A stretch of 64,000 nucleotides of DNA from SAR202 cluster bacterium bin22 (GTDB lineage: Bacteria; Chloroflexota; Dehalococcoidia; Lucifugimonadales; UBA3495): assembly GCA_002238505.1 (NCBI GenBank), contig MPMM01000014.1, positions 19,845 to 83,844 on the forward strand, read 5' to 3'. The position numbers were made by a program, and so were the translations under genes. Shown piece after piece: positions 40,165 through 49,473 of this stretch (its first letter is position 1; each line of letters opens with the position of its first letter). The notes beneath the pieces were generated by a model. That model did not search any database. It saw nothing but the letters and a program-made list of their open reading frames with translations, and had not been told where the DNA came from.

Positions 40165-40475
40165 CCATTCACCCCGTGCCCGTCGAAGGGTCCATCCCCC
40201 ACCCCCCGTTCGCCCTGAGCCTGTCGAAGGGCCCATCCCCAAGTCATGTCGCCCTGAGCGCAGCCGAAGGGTCTGAACTCCACCGCGCCCAAAACGTCTT
40301 GGGTTCCCTTAAGATTTCATTGGGCCAGGCTTCTAGACTCTTCGGCAAGCTCAGAGTGACATTGACCTTGGGCGTGGGTGGCTTGTTCTTTCAGGGCAAT
40401 GGCGTTCTAAATTACACAGGACTCTTTGGCACAAAATCATGTCGCCCTGAGCGCAGCCGAAGGGCCTGAGCCCCC
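40165..40475. repeat. Composite R1 repeat block downstream of the methyltransferase (direct copy of 38046-38320)
   Basis: Long near-identical stretch: ccgttcgccctgagcctgtcgaagggcccatccccaagtcatgtcgccctgagcgcagccgaaggg...gactcttcggcaagctcagagtgacattgac...ttctttcagggcaatggc... Confidence 0.85.
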
Positions 40476-40603
40476 ACGGCTAACGCAACCCCCTCAAAGA
40501 AACCCCCGCCTATGTGATACTAGGTATTGACCGCCCTGGCGCTGCCTGATACACTTGATATAGCGATACTAATTATTCGTATTGGCAATGTTTTAGGGCA
40601 ATC

Positions 40604-40918
40604 ATGCTCTCGAGAAAGCTTAACCCGCAAAATCTGACGACTGCGATACCGGCCCTCGGCTCCGTCCGCCGCCTGCTGGGTGTGGCCGTGCTGTTGGCGG
40701 CCCTGGCGGTGGTTAGCCTGGCCGTGGGCGAATATCGCCAGCTCTACGGAGTAGCAGACTTCCCCACGTCCGACCATGACTCGGTTTCCGCCATGGACTG
40801 CCCACGGCTTTGCCTTGCCGACGAAACCGCCCCGGCCGCCGCCACGTCCGAGGCGCAAACCCCGGGTATCCTGAACCTGCGCGGCTTCCGCCACACCATC
40901 CCCTTCACCCCCGACTAG
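40604..40918 (+). CDS. Hypothetical small signal-anchored protein
   Basis: 104 aa with an N-terminal hydrophobic helix (LLGVAVLLAALAVVSLAV) and high third-position GC. No family recognised. Confidence 0.35.
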   Translation: MLSRKLNPQNLTTAIPALGSVRRLLGVAVLLAALAVVSLAVGEYRQLYGVADFPTSDHDSVSAMDCPRLCLADETAPAAATSEAQTPGILNLRGFRHTIPFTPD

Positions 40919-41133
40919 GGGCCAACGGGTTTGATCTGTCCCGTCATTCCGGCCCTGAGCCGGAATCCAGGCAGGTTGCCGAAGGTCAAATGCAGGGTAC
41001 AAGGGGGGTAAATTCCCAAACGAAGTGCAACGCCAATAAACCGAATTTGATCTGACGCCCGGGTAGGGGCGCACGGCCGTGCGCCCCTACGGTGCTTTGG
41101 TTTAGAACGGCAACGGGTTTGAAATGATGACGG
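40919..41133 (-). repeat. MITE-like repeat family A, copy 3 (inverted), interrupted by a family B palindrome
   Basis: 40919-41066 is the reverse complement of 31400-31560, with a ~16-bp deletion. The B palindrome lies at 41063-41090. A terminal A-motif fragment lies at 41109-41133. Confidence 0.8.
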
Positions 41134-41170
41134 TTAAACCCCGCCCCCAATTCGGTATAATCTCCCCAGC

Positions 41171-42475
41171 ATGAACCCCGAAGCCGAAATCCGCCGCCGC
41201 ATCGCCCTGGCGGGGGCCATCACCTTCGCCGAGTTCATGGACGTCGCCCTCTACTGGCCCGACGGCGGCTACTACTCGGCCATCACCACGACCACGACCC
41301 CTGCCAGGGGCGGCGCAACTCCCTTCGGAGCCCAGGGCGACTACTACACCGCGCCCCAGGCCCATCCCGCCTTTGGCGCCCTGCTGGCCGTCCAGCTTTA
41401 CCAGTTCTGGCTGCTGCTCGACCGTCCCAACCCCTTTCACGTGGTGGAACCGGGGTCGGGCAACGGCCAGCTATCCCGCGACATCCTGTCGGCGGCGCAC
41501 GGCTTGCCCGAAGCCTTCTCCCACGCTCTCCGCTACCTGTGTCTGGACCGCAATCCCCGGCCCGCAACGCCTGGCCAGCCCGCGGCCCATGCCATCGCCA
41601 CCGACGGCCTGCCCCTGCGGGGACTGCGGGGCTGCGTCCTGTCCAACGAGCTTATCGACGCCTTGCCCGTCCACCAGGTGCGCGTGGTGGACGGCCGGCT
41701 GAGGGAGGTATTCGTCACCCTGGAACGGGACAACGATCCGGAGGAATCGCCGCTGGTGGAAACGCTGGCCGACCCCTCCACGCCGGCCCTGGCAGCCCGG
41801 CTGGAGGAACTGAGGATCAGCCTGGCCGAGGGACAGACGGCGGAGATCTGCCTGGAACTGGACTCGTGGTCAGCGGCGGTGGCGTCGGCCCTGGACCAGG
41901 GTTTTGTCCTGACCATTGACTACGGCCGGCTTGCGGATGACCTCTATTCGGCCCAGCTTCGGCCCCGGGGCACGCTGGTAACCTATCACCGCCACACCCA
42001 GACCGATGCCCCCCTGCGCCGCATTGGCCAGCAGGACATAACCGCCCAGGTGGACTTTACCGCCCTGGTGAACTCGGGTCGCCGGGCCGGGCTGGAACCG
42101 CTGGGCTACACCACCCAGGCCGGGTTCCTGCGCAACCTGGACCTGGACCGCCTGCGCCGCCGCGTGACCTCCTGTCCATTGCCGGTGGAGGAAGGGGTTG
42201 CCAACCGGGCCGGCCTGCTGGCCCTGGCCCGCCCCGACGGCCTGGGCGACTTCAAGGTGCTGGCGCAGGGCAGGAATTTGCCCGCCGGTTCGGATGCTTC
42301 GCCGCAGCTTTGGGGACTGTCCCCATCGCCCGAGGTCCGCCCGCTGGTGGCGGCATTGCCCCTGCCCCTGCTCTCCCCCGACCACATATCCCTCCCTTCC
42401 GGCTGGCCCCAACCCCCCGTCCAGGAGTTCGACCTGACCGACCTGTGGAACAACCCCTTCACCGCCGACGCCTGA
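41171..42475 (+). CDS. MidA/NDUFAF7-family SAM-dependent methyltransferase (DUF185)
   Basis: ITFAEFMDVALYWPDGGYY N-terminus, EPGSGNG SAM motif, LSNELIDALP, and length all fit. Confidence 0.8.
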   Translation: MNPEAEIRRRIALAGAITFAEFMDVALYWPDGGYYSAITTTTTPARGGATPFGAQGDYYTAPQAHPAFGALLAVQLYQFWLLLDRPNPFHVVEPGSGNGQLSRDILSAAHGLPEAFSHALRYLCLDRNPRPATPGQPAAHAIATDGLPLRGLRGCVLSNELIDALPVHQVRVVDGRLREVFVTLERDNDPEESPLVETLADPSTPALAARLEELRISLAEGQTAEICLELDSWSAAVASALDQGFVLTIDYGRLADDLYSAQLRPRGTLVTYHRHTQTDAPLRRIGQQDITAQVDFTALVNSGRRAGLEPLGYTTQAGFLRNLDLDRLRRRVTSCPLPVEEGVANRAGLLALARPDGLGDFKVLAQGRNLPAGSDASPQLWGLSPSPEVRPLVAALPLPLLSPDHISLPSGWPQPPVQEFDLTDLWNNPFTADA

Positions 42476-42947
42476 CCCAATGACGCTCCCCCCTTCCCAT
42501 TCCGCCTGACTCCTGCCTACCATGAGAATTGCCGAGCGGAGAATTGCCAAGCGAAAGCCGTCCCCGGCCGGCAAGCCCAGGGGCCCCCACCCAATACCCC
42601 CCAGTGACTTGGGAGAAAGCCGGAATCCGGCGCCGGAATCCGATGCGCCCAAGAAAGCGCCAAATATGCTCTTCAGGCCCCATTCACCTATAGAGAAAAA
42701 CCCCAATTGCAGTCCAATATCCCACTCCTGCACCCACTCCCAGATACAAAATGGACTCAAACGGACTCACATTGCCCGGAAACAGAAATTTCCCCCCGAC
42801 GGGCTGCGAAAAATCCTTCCGGCGAACCGGTATCCCTGCCTGCGGTCAAAAACGTTTATAAAATTCGCAGAACAGCGAGGTACAATTCCCGGCACAAATG
42901 GGTATAATCCGGGGCATAGTGGCACTATACCTAACCGGTGAGGTGGA

Positions 42948-43499
42948 GTGATGTTGCAGCGAATGATTGGCGCGGCCCTTTTTAATGCCCAGACGTACGA
43001 GGAGGTGGAGGCTGACCAGAATGCCCTTGGTCAGGCGCTGACGGTGGTGGTTCTGGTCACCATCTGCGGGGCCATCGGTGGCCTCATCGGCGATATCCTC
43101 GACGGCGCGACGGCCCTGGGCCTCCTCGTGGGATTGTGCATCGGCCTGGCCTTTGGCATCGTCCGCTGGGCTCTGTGGGTAACCGTCATCCTGATGGTGG
43201 GACGCGGCCTGCTGCGGACCGGCAACACCGAGACAAACTGGTCGGAAGTGGGCCGGGTCCTGGGGTTCGCCTACACCCCCGGCCTGTTGTCCATCTTTTC
43301 CTGGATTCCGGGGATTGGCTGGCTCATTTGGCTGGTTGCTTTCTTCTGGACGCTGGCGGCAGCGATCATGGGCGTGCGCCAGGCCATGGACTATGACAAC
43401 ACCGGCCGGGCTATCCTGGTGGTGGTGATTGCCGGCGTCGTCGGTTTCATCCCGTGGGGCATCCTCATGCTGATCCAGCAGGCCATTCTCGCTGGCTGA
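42948..43499 (+). CDS. Yip1-domain membrane protein (paralog 1)
   Basis: 183 aa, 5 predicted TM segments, N-terminus MLQRMIGAALFNAQTYEEVEAD. Clearly paralogous to 43690-44241. Confidence 0.7.
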   Translation: MMLQRMIGAALFNAQTYEEVEADQNALGQALTVVVLVTICGAIGGLIGDILDGATALGLLVGLCIGLAFGIVRWALWVTVILMVGRGLLRTGNTETNWSEVGRVLGFAYTPGLLSIFSWIPGIGWLIWLVAFFWTLAAAIMGVRQAMDYDNTGRAILVVVIAGVVGFIPWGILMLIQQAILAG

Positions 43500-43689
43500 C
43501 CCGCCCGGAGCGTACCGGATAAATCAGGGGTAAGGGGGCCTCCCTCCCCTTTATAAGCGGCCAACTCTTTCCCTCATTCCGGCCGTTTCCCGCTTCGTCC
43601 CTACCGGGGAAGCGGACCAGGAAAGCCCGGCTGTTGACTGACCGGCTGTCTTCACCGGCAGGGAAATCGGGGAAAGGTACAGGCGATTA

Positions 43690-44241
43690 ATGCTGAAGCG
43701 GATGGTGGGGGCGGCCTTCTTCAACGCCCACACCTACGAGGAAATCGAGGCTAACCCCGGCACCATGCCGCAGGCCATTGCCGTGGTGCTGCTGGTAACC
43801 TTCTGCACCATCATCGGCGGCCTGGCCGACGATATACTGGGAGAGATCACGGCCCGCCAGGCCTTCCTTGAGCTGGCGGTCGGCCTCACCTTCGGCATAC
43901 TCCGGTGGGCCCTTTGGGTAACAATCGTCCTGATGGTGGGGGGCGGCCTGCTCCGCACCCACCATACCGAGACCAGCTGGGCGGAAATGGGGCGCATTCT
44001 GGGCTTCGCCCTGACCCCCGGCCTCCTGGCCCTCTTCGCCAGCGTCCCCTTTGCCGACTGGGTATTCTTCTGGGCCGCCATATTCTGGTCTGTAGCTGCG
44101 GCGGTCCTGGGCGTCCGGCAGGGCATGGACTACGAAAGCACGGGCCGGGCCATGCTGGTGGTCGCCATATCCGGGCTGATAGCCGCCATTCCCCTGGGCT
44201 TCACCTGGTACCTGGAGTTTGTCCTGTCCACCCGCTTCTAA
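43690..44241 (+). CDS. Yip1-domain membrane protein (paralog 2)
   Basis: 183 aa. MLKRMVGAAFFNAHTYEEIEAN... is collinear with paralog 1. Confidence 0.7.
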   Translation: MLKRMVGAAFFNAHTYEEIEANPGTMPQAIAVVLLVTFCTIIGGLADDILGEITARQAFLELAVGLTFGILRWALWVTIVLMVGGGLLRTHHTETSWAEMGRILGFALTPGLLALFASVPFADWVFFWAAIFWSVAAAVLGVRQGMDYESTGRAMLVVAISGLIAAIPLGFTWYLEFVLSTRF

Positions 44242-44353
44242 CCCGGGCGCGGGCGGCTACTGGCCAGGAACGCGAGTCCCCTGCTCCCCGCCTGTGGCCC
44301 CGTCTGTGGTCAGGCCATCGCCCCGCCGCCGCCCCGGTCTTCAGTCCTGGTTT

Positions 44354-45301
44354 TCAGTCCTGTGTGCCATCCGGCGCATCCGGGTCGGCGTTCATTGGCG
44401 GGGCGGGATTGTCCACCGTGCCGACTACCCTGGGCAGGCAGCGGACGGCCGTGGTCAGGAAGCCGCTGTGGGCCACCATCCGGTGTTCCGGCCGGACACT
44501 GCGCTCGGTGACGTGCCAGGGCCGCAGCAGGGTCTCCACGGTCTCCACCATCTGGAATCTGCCATCCTCCTGCAGTTGGCCCACCAGTTGGTGGACCTGA
44601 AGGATGGTGGGCAGGAAGCTGATCATTATGCCGCCCATTACCAGCGCTTCCGCCACGCCGGGTACGGCCTGCCAGGGTTCCGGCACGTCCAGCACCACCC
44701 GGTCCACCTCGCGCTCCGCTATGCCCTGGTAGATGTCGCCGATGGTAACCGTCAAGTTGGAAGGGTCGGGGATCACTTTGCTGATGTTCGACATGGCCCG
44801 GGGCGTCACCGATTCGTCGATCTCGTAGGTGATGACGCGGCCCTGGTCTCCCACCGCCCTCAGCAGGGCGGAGGTGAGGGATCCGGACCCCAGCCCCGAT
44901 TCCACCACGGTGGCGCCGGGGAATATGTCGGCAAAGGCCACAATGTTGCCCAGGTCCTTGGAGTAGATGATCTGCGGGCCCCGGGGCATCTGCCGCACGA
45001 ATTCGCCCAGCGTAGGACGCACCGCCAGCAGGGTGTGGCCGCGGTCCGTCCGGTACCAGCCCCCCACGCTGTGCCCGATGACAAAGTCGTGGGACAGGCG
45101 GCCCAGGTGGCAATGAAAGACCTGCCCGTCGGACAGGGTAGTCAGGTAGCGCCGGTCCTTGCGGTCCTGCAGCAGGACCATGTCTCCGCTGTGAAAGCGA
45201 TTCTTGTCGGTGTCCAATTCGTCCCCATTTACTCGAAGGTGCGTCAACGCGGGCAGGCCGATAAAGGTACGGGCGCAAGGGTTGCGGCCCTTTCCCGCCA
45301 C
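44354..45301 (-). CDS. trmI: tRNA (adenine-N1)-methyltransferase TrmI/GCD14 family
   Basis: PRGPQIIYSKDLG...VVESGLGSGSLT SAM-binding region. Start uncertain. Confidence 0.85.
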   Translation of the reverse strand: MAGKGRNPCARTFIGLPALTHLRVNGDELDTDKNRFHSGDMVLLQDRKDRRYLTTLSDGQVFHCHLGRLSHDFVIGHSVGGWYRTDRGHTLLAVRPTLGEFVRQMPRGPQIIYSKDLGNIVAFADIFPGATVVESGLGSGSLTSALLRAVGDQGRVITYEIDESVTPRAMSNISKVIPDPSNLTVTIGDIYQGIAEREVDRVVLDVPEPWQAVPGVAEALVMGGIMISFLPTILQVHQLVGQLQEDGRFQMVETVETLLRPWHVTERSVRPEHRMVAHSGFLTTAVRCLPRVVGTVDNPAPPMNADPDAPDGTQD

Positions 45302-46055
45302 GGCTCAAATCTGGGTGCAATGGTAACCGCTGGGAAATGGGTTGTCACCCGCACGGGCCGGAAGGTTGACGCAGCCTGTTGCGGTGAAACACCGAAGGGC
45401 ATAAAGAGCGCCGCCATACTCGGTTGCTTCATCGCGCTGGCCTGCCTCAGCCTCAAGTTGATCCAGCGTTAGAAGACCTCAGGAACGCCGGTTAATTCTC
45501 CTGGTTGACAATGACAGCGCCGGCGGTGTATGTTTTGATTTTGGTACTTCATATCATTACTGTCATCCTCAGATGTTTACTTTCGTCAGATGATTGATGT
45601 TTTAAGTGATATGAGATAGCAATATGGCCTAGAGAGGGGATTCAAAATGAACACGCAGCAAAAAGCGCTCGATACCATCATCTCCGGCGTACACGGTTCC
45701 GGCAAGGCGACCTTCCCCCATAGCGTCCTGGGTGAGCAGCGTGGAACTGGACGGGTACAAGCGCCCGAACAAGGGTACCGTCCCTGTGAGCACAGGTACC
45801 TTGAGGATCGTCGCCGGACCCAGCGGAGCAGGTAAGAGCGCCCGGTTCAACGCAATTGCCGGTCTGCTCCCCTTTCACCAGGGGTGAGTGAAGCCTGGCA
45901 AGACCAACCGGCGTAGGGGGCGCAAACCTGCGTCCCCCACTGGACAGCGCCGGAGTGCAATCCCCAACTGGCATGTCATTCAAACGGTTACATTGGCGGC
46001 AAATACAATCGTATATTGATACAGTATCGCATTACACACTGCAGGAGGATTCGAT

Positions 46056-47483
46056 ATGACCATGGAGCAAAGAGTACCTGTTACTATCCTCACCGGCTTT
46101 CTCGGCTCTGGCAAGACAACCCTGCTCAACCGGATCTTGACTGAACAGCACGGCAAGCGCATTGCTGTCATCGAGAACGAGTATGGGGAGGTCGGCATCG
46201 ATCAGGCCCTCGTCATCAACGCTGACGAAGAGGTTTTCGAGATGTCAAACGGTTGTATTTGCTGCACGGTGCGCGGAGACCTGATCCGGGTGCTCAACAA
46301 TCTCAATAAGCGCCGGGACAAGTTCGACTATGTGCTGGTGGAAACCACGGGGCTCGCCGACCCCGGTCCGGTTGCCCAGACGTTCTTCATGGACGAGGAG
46401 CTTCGCGCTGAATACGCGCTTGACGGTATAGTCACGCTGGTTGACGCAGCCCACATTGAGCAGCAGCTGGGCAGAAGCGACGAGAGCACGGAGCAAATCG
46501 CCTTCGCGGACGTTCTGGTCCTCAACAAGACGGACCTCGTCGACGGCGAGGCCCTTGATGGCCTGGAAGCTCGCCTCCGGGGCATGAACCGGATGGCGCG
46601 AGTAGTGCGCAGCGAGCGAGCGAACGTACCAGTAGAAACCGTGCTCGACCTCGGCGCCTTCAACCTGAACGAGGTGCTCGAGCGTCGCCCCACCTTCCTC
46701 GAGCCGGAGTATCCCTTCGAATGGACGGGGGTCTATTCGCTCGATGCCGGCCGCTACGAACTCAACCTCGCCGAGGGACCCGATCCGGCGATGTCGCTGG
46801 TTGTCGTGGCTGGCCAGGCCACGGATGACCCTGCCCTCCGGGAGGGTGCGGAGTGGTGTGTCCGGGAGTACGCCGAACCTGCTGAAATCATTCAGCCGGG
46901 GGGAGAGATTCCCTTCGACAAGCATGTGAGCCTCCGGCTCGATACCCCAGGACGCAAGTCGTTCTTCTTTGAGGTCGCTACCCCGGGGAGGGTTGGCCTC
47001 TACGCCCAGCACCTCGCGGAGGAATTCGAACTCCAACTGAGGAACGCGGATGGAGAGGCTTTCAAACTGGGGGGCAACTTTTGCTCCGAGCCTGCCTGCG
47101 AAGAGACAGAGACAGACATACAACGCGTCAAGGGAGCGGCGGTTCCCGCCGAAGCCGAGCGAACCTGGGTCGCCCAGCACGAGCACGACGACGAAGTTGG
47201 ATCAATCTCCATCGAGATATACGGCGACGCCGATCCCGAAAAGCTCAACGCTTGGCTTGGCCAACTGCTCCGGGATCGCGGGGTGGACATCTTCCGGATG
47301 AAGGGCTTCATCAGCGTTGCGGGAGAGTCGCGTCGCTTCGTCTTCCAGGGCGTCCACATGCTATTTGACGGCCAGCCGGATCGCGAATGGGGGGACGCGC
47401 CCCGCCTCAATCAGCTCGTCTTCATTGGCCGAAACCTCGATGGACAGAGTATGCGGGAGGGGTTCGAAGCATGCCTGATTTAG
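46056..47483 (+). CDS. COG0523 (CobW/YjiA/ZigA-type) G3E metallochaperone GTPase with ~170-aa internal insert
   Basis: GFLGSGKTT P-loop, CICCTVRGDL metal motif, ETTGLADP, NKTDL, C-terminal CobW_C (IFRMKGFISV...RFVFQGVH). Confidence 0.88.
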   Translation: MTMEQRVPVTILTGFLGSGKTTLLNRILTEQHGKRIAVIENEYGEVGIDQALVINADEEVFEMSNGCICCTVRGDLIRVLNNLNKRRDKFDYVLVETTGLADPGPVAQTFFMDEELRAEYALDGIVTLVDAAHIEQQLGRSDESTEQIAFADVLVLNKTDLVDGEALDGLEARLRGMNRMARVVRSERANVPVETVLDLGAFNLNEVLERRPTFLEPEYPFEWTGVYSLDAGRYELNLAEGPDPAMSLVVVAGQATDDPALREGAEWCVREYAEPAEIIQPGGEIPFDKHVSLRLDTPGRKSFFFEVATPGRVGLYAQHLAEEFELQLRNADGEAFKLGGNFCSEPACEETETDIQRVKGAAVPAEAERTWVAQHEHDDEVGSISIEIYGDADPEKLNAWLGQLLRDRGVDIFRMKGFISVAGESRRFVFQGVHMLFDGQPDREWGDAPRLNQLVFIGRNLDGQSMREGFEACLI

Positions 47484-48571
47484 ATGCCGGCAGCCCGATG
47501 GGAGTTCTTGGCCGGGGCTGGTCTGCGATGGTCGGCGACTACGCCATGGCCGGGGGTTGGAGCCAGGGCGGTGAATCCCTGGTGGTCGGCGATGCCGAGG
47601 GTGGCGTTTACGCCTTTGACGGCGAGTCTGGCGCGGCGACCTGGGGGCAGCGCGGAGTTCATGACGGCGGTGTGCTCTCGGTGGCAGTCCACCCAGAGGG
47701 AAGCGTGTTTGCTACGGCCGGCCAGGACGGACGAGTCTTGCTCTGGAATGCCGTCGAGGGCCAGGTAACCCGGGCTATCGACGTCGGAAGCGGTTGGGTG
47801 GACAAAGTGACATGGTCGCAGGACGGTCAAAGATTGGCGGCTTCCTGCTCCCGGCAGGTTTGTGTCTATGACGTGGACGGCGCCGAGGTCTGGCGGTCTG
47901 ATGATCATCCCAGCACCGTCAGCGCCATAGCCTGGTCAGGCCCAGAGGAACTGGCAACGGCCTGTTACGGTCGAGTCTCCTTCTTCGTCGCGGCCACCGG
48001 TGAGACTCGGCAGAAACTGGAGTGGCAGGGATCTTTGGTGTCGATGGTCCTGAGCCCGGACGGGGGCATCGTCGTCTGCGGCAGCCAGGACAACTCGGTG
48101 CACTTCTGGCGTCGCTCCTCGGGAGAGGACTCCGAGATGTTCGGATATCCTGCCAAGCCGTCGGCCCTGGCTTTTGATGATACCGGCACGCTTTTGGCCA
48201 CCGGAGGCAGTGATGCGGTGACGGTCTGGAGCTTCCGGAGAAAGGGACCCGAAGGCACGCGGCCCGGCGTTCTAAAGTTTCATGTTCTACCCATCACGAC
48301 GCTGGCCTTTGCGCCCGGCGCGATGCGCCTGGCATCGGGGGGACGCGATGGCGCAGTGGTTGTGTGGTCGGTGCAGAGAAATGGAAAAGGCGGACCAGTA
48401 GGGGCGGAGGATCTTGGGGCATCGGTGGCCGGATTATATTGGCGGCCTGACGGAAGCGGGCTCGCCGCCCTCGACGCCCGTGGCGGCGTGACGGTCTGGA
48501 AAGTAGGACAAGCAAAGGGCCGAATCAGACGTCCCCTCCCAGAGCAGGGTGCTAGTGAGGAGAGCGGCTGA
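47471..48571 (+). CDS. WD40/beta-propeller repeat protein
   Basis: Start moved to ATG 47471, overlapping the COG0523 stop region. Repeated ...SGG.DG.V.VW..-type blades. Confidence 0.75.
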   Translation: MPDLDAGSPMGVLGRGWSAMVGDYAMAGGWSQGGESLVVGDAEGGVYAFDGESGAATWGQRGVHDGGVLSVAVHPEGSVFATAGQDGRVLLWNAVEGQVTRAIDVGSGWVDKVTWSQDGQRLAASCSRQVCVYDVDGAEVWRSDDHPSTVSAIAWSGPEELATACYGRVSFFVAATGETRQKLEWQGSLVSMVLSPDGGIVVCGSQDNSVHFWRRSSGEDSEMFGYPAKPSALAFDDTGTLLATGGSDAVTVWSFRRKGPEGTRPGVLKFHVLPITTLAFAPGAMRLASGGRDGAVVVWSVQRNGKGGPVGAEDLGASVAGLYWRPDGSGLAALDARGGVTVWKVGQAKGRIRRPLPEQGASEESG

Positions 48572-48649
48572 CTGTCCGCCACCCTTACAGCAGCCACACC
48601 CGTTGCTCCAGAACCCGCATTAAGCGCAAACGAGGAAACCCAGAATAGA

Positions 48650-49468
48650 ATGCAAGCCATAAGCCAACAAGACGCCCAGCCTGATGGACCGGATGTCGCC
48701 GTCGTTCTGATCGGGAGGGGGAGTCTCTACACCCGGCAGCCCGCTGAGGAATTGTCCTCCCTGGCTGATGACCTTCGGTTGAAGCATCCCTCCTGGCTGG
48801 TAACGGAGGCCCTGCTCGAGCAGGGTGGGCCATCCCTGCCCCAGGCCCTGGAGGTCTCGCGCAGGGCCGGCGCCGGAACTGCGGTCCTCCTCCCGGTGTT
48901 CATGCCCGTCGAAGCCGCAACTCGGAAATGGCTCCAGTTCGTTGCTCGCCGGTGGCAGCGACAATCAGCCACCTCATTGCATGTCGGCTTTGCTGGCCTC
49001 TTCAACAACGGGCCTCAGGTGGCCGACGCCGCCACGGAGGCCGTTAGATTGGCCCTGGATACCAATGCCACCATTGCTTCCGGCAGCGGCCATGCCGGGG
49101 CGCCCGAACCCGGTTGGTCGGTTATCCCGCCGCACGCCCATCATGTGCTGTTCTGTCAGGGCCCCCGATGCACCGCAGCCGGTGCAGCCGAGGTCGGCGC
49201 GTGGTTGCGAATGCGCCTGAAGGAAGAAGGCCTGGACCGGGGTCCGGGGCACGTTTTGGCGGCTCGAACCGGATGCCTGTATCCCTGCAACCTGGGCCCG
49301 GTCATGGTGGTTTACCCCGAGGGCACCTGGTATTGCGGGTTGGACAAGGACACCGTCTCCCGGATCGTTGACCGCCACTTCCTGAATGGCGAGCCCGTAT
49401 CAGCCAGCGCACTTCGACCCTCTGCGGACCGCCAGTTGTTACCGAGTTCGCAAACACTACCTGAATAA
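48650..49468 (+). CDS. CbiX-like domain fused to thioredoxin-like [2Fe-2S] ferredoxin domain
   Basis: The N-terminus VVLIGRGS...VLLPVFM is CbiX-like in topology. The C-terminus HVLFCQGPRC...RTGCLYPCNLGPVMVVYPEGTWY carries the 4-Cys thioredoxin-like ferredoxin pattern. Confidence 0.7.
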   Translation: MQAISQQDAQPDGPDVAVVLIGRGSLYTRQPAEELSSLADDLRLKHPSWLVTEALLEQGGPSLPQALEVSRRAGAGTAVLLPVFMPVEAATRKWLQFVARRWQRQSATSLHVGFAGLFNNGPQVADAATEAVRLALDTNATIASGSGHAGAPEPGWSVIPPHAHHVLFCQGPRCTAAGAAEVGAWLRMRLKEEGLDRGPGHVLAARTGCLYPCNLGPVMVVYPEGTWYCGLDKDTVSRIVDRHFLNGEPVSASALRPSADRQLLPSSQTLPE

Positions 49469-49473
49469 TCACT

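Noticed and set aside
45840-45990. Cobalamin riboswitch upstream of the CobW/CbiX/ABC cluster
   Set aside because: B12-box-like (gaagcctggcaagacc) and ccactgg strings occur, but in the wrong relative order for either strand. Part of the region is simply a family B palindrome. A covariance-model scan would be needed, so it is not called.
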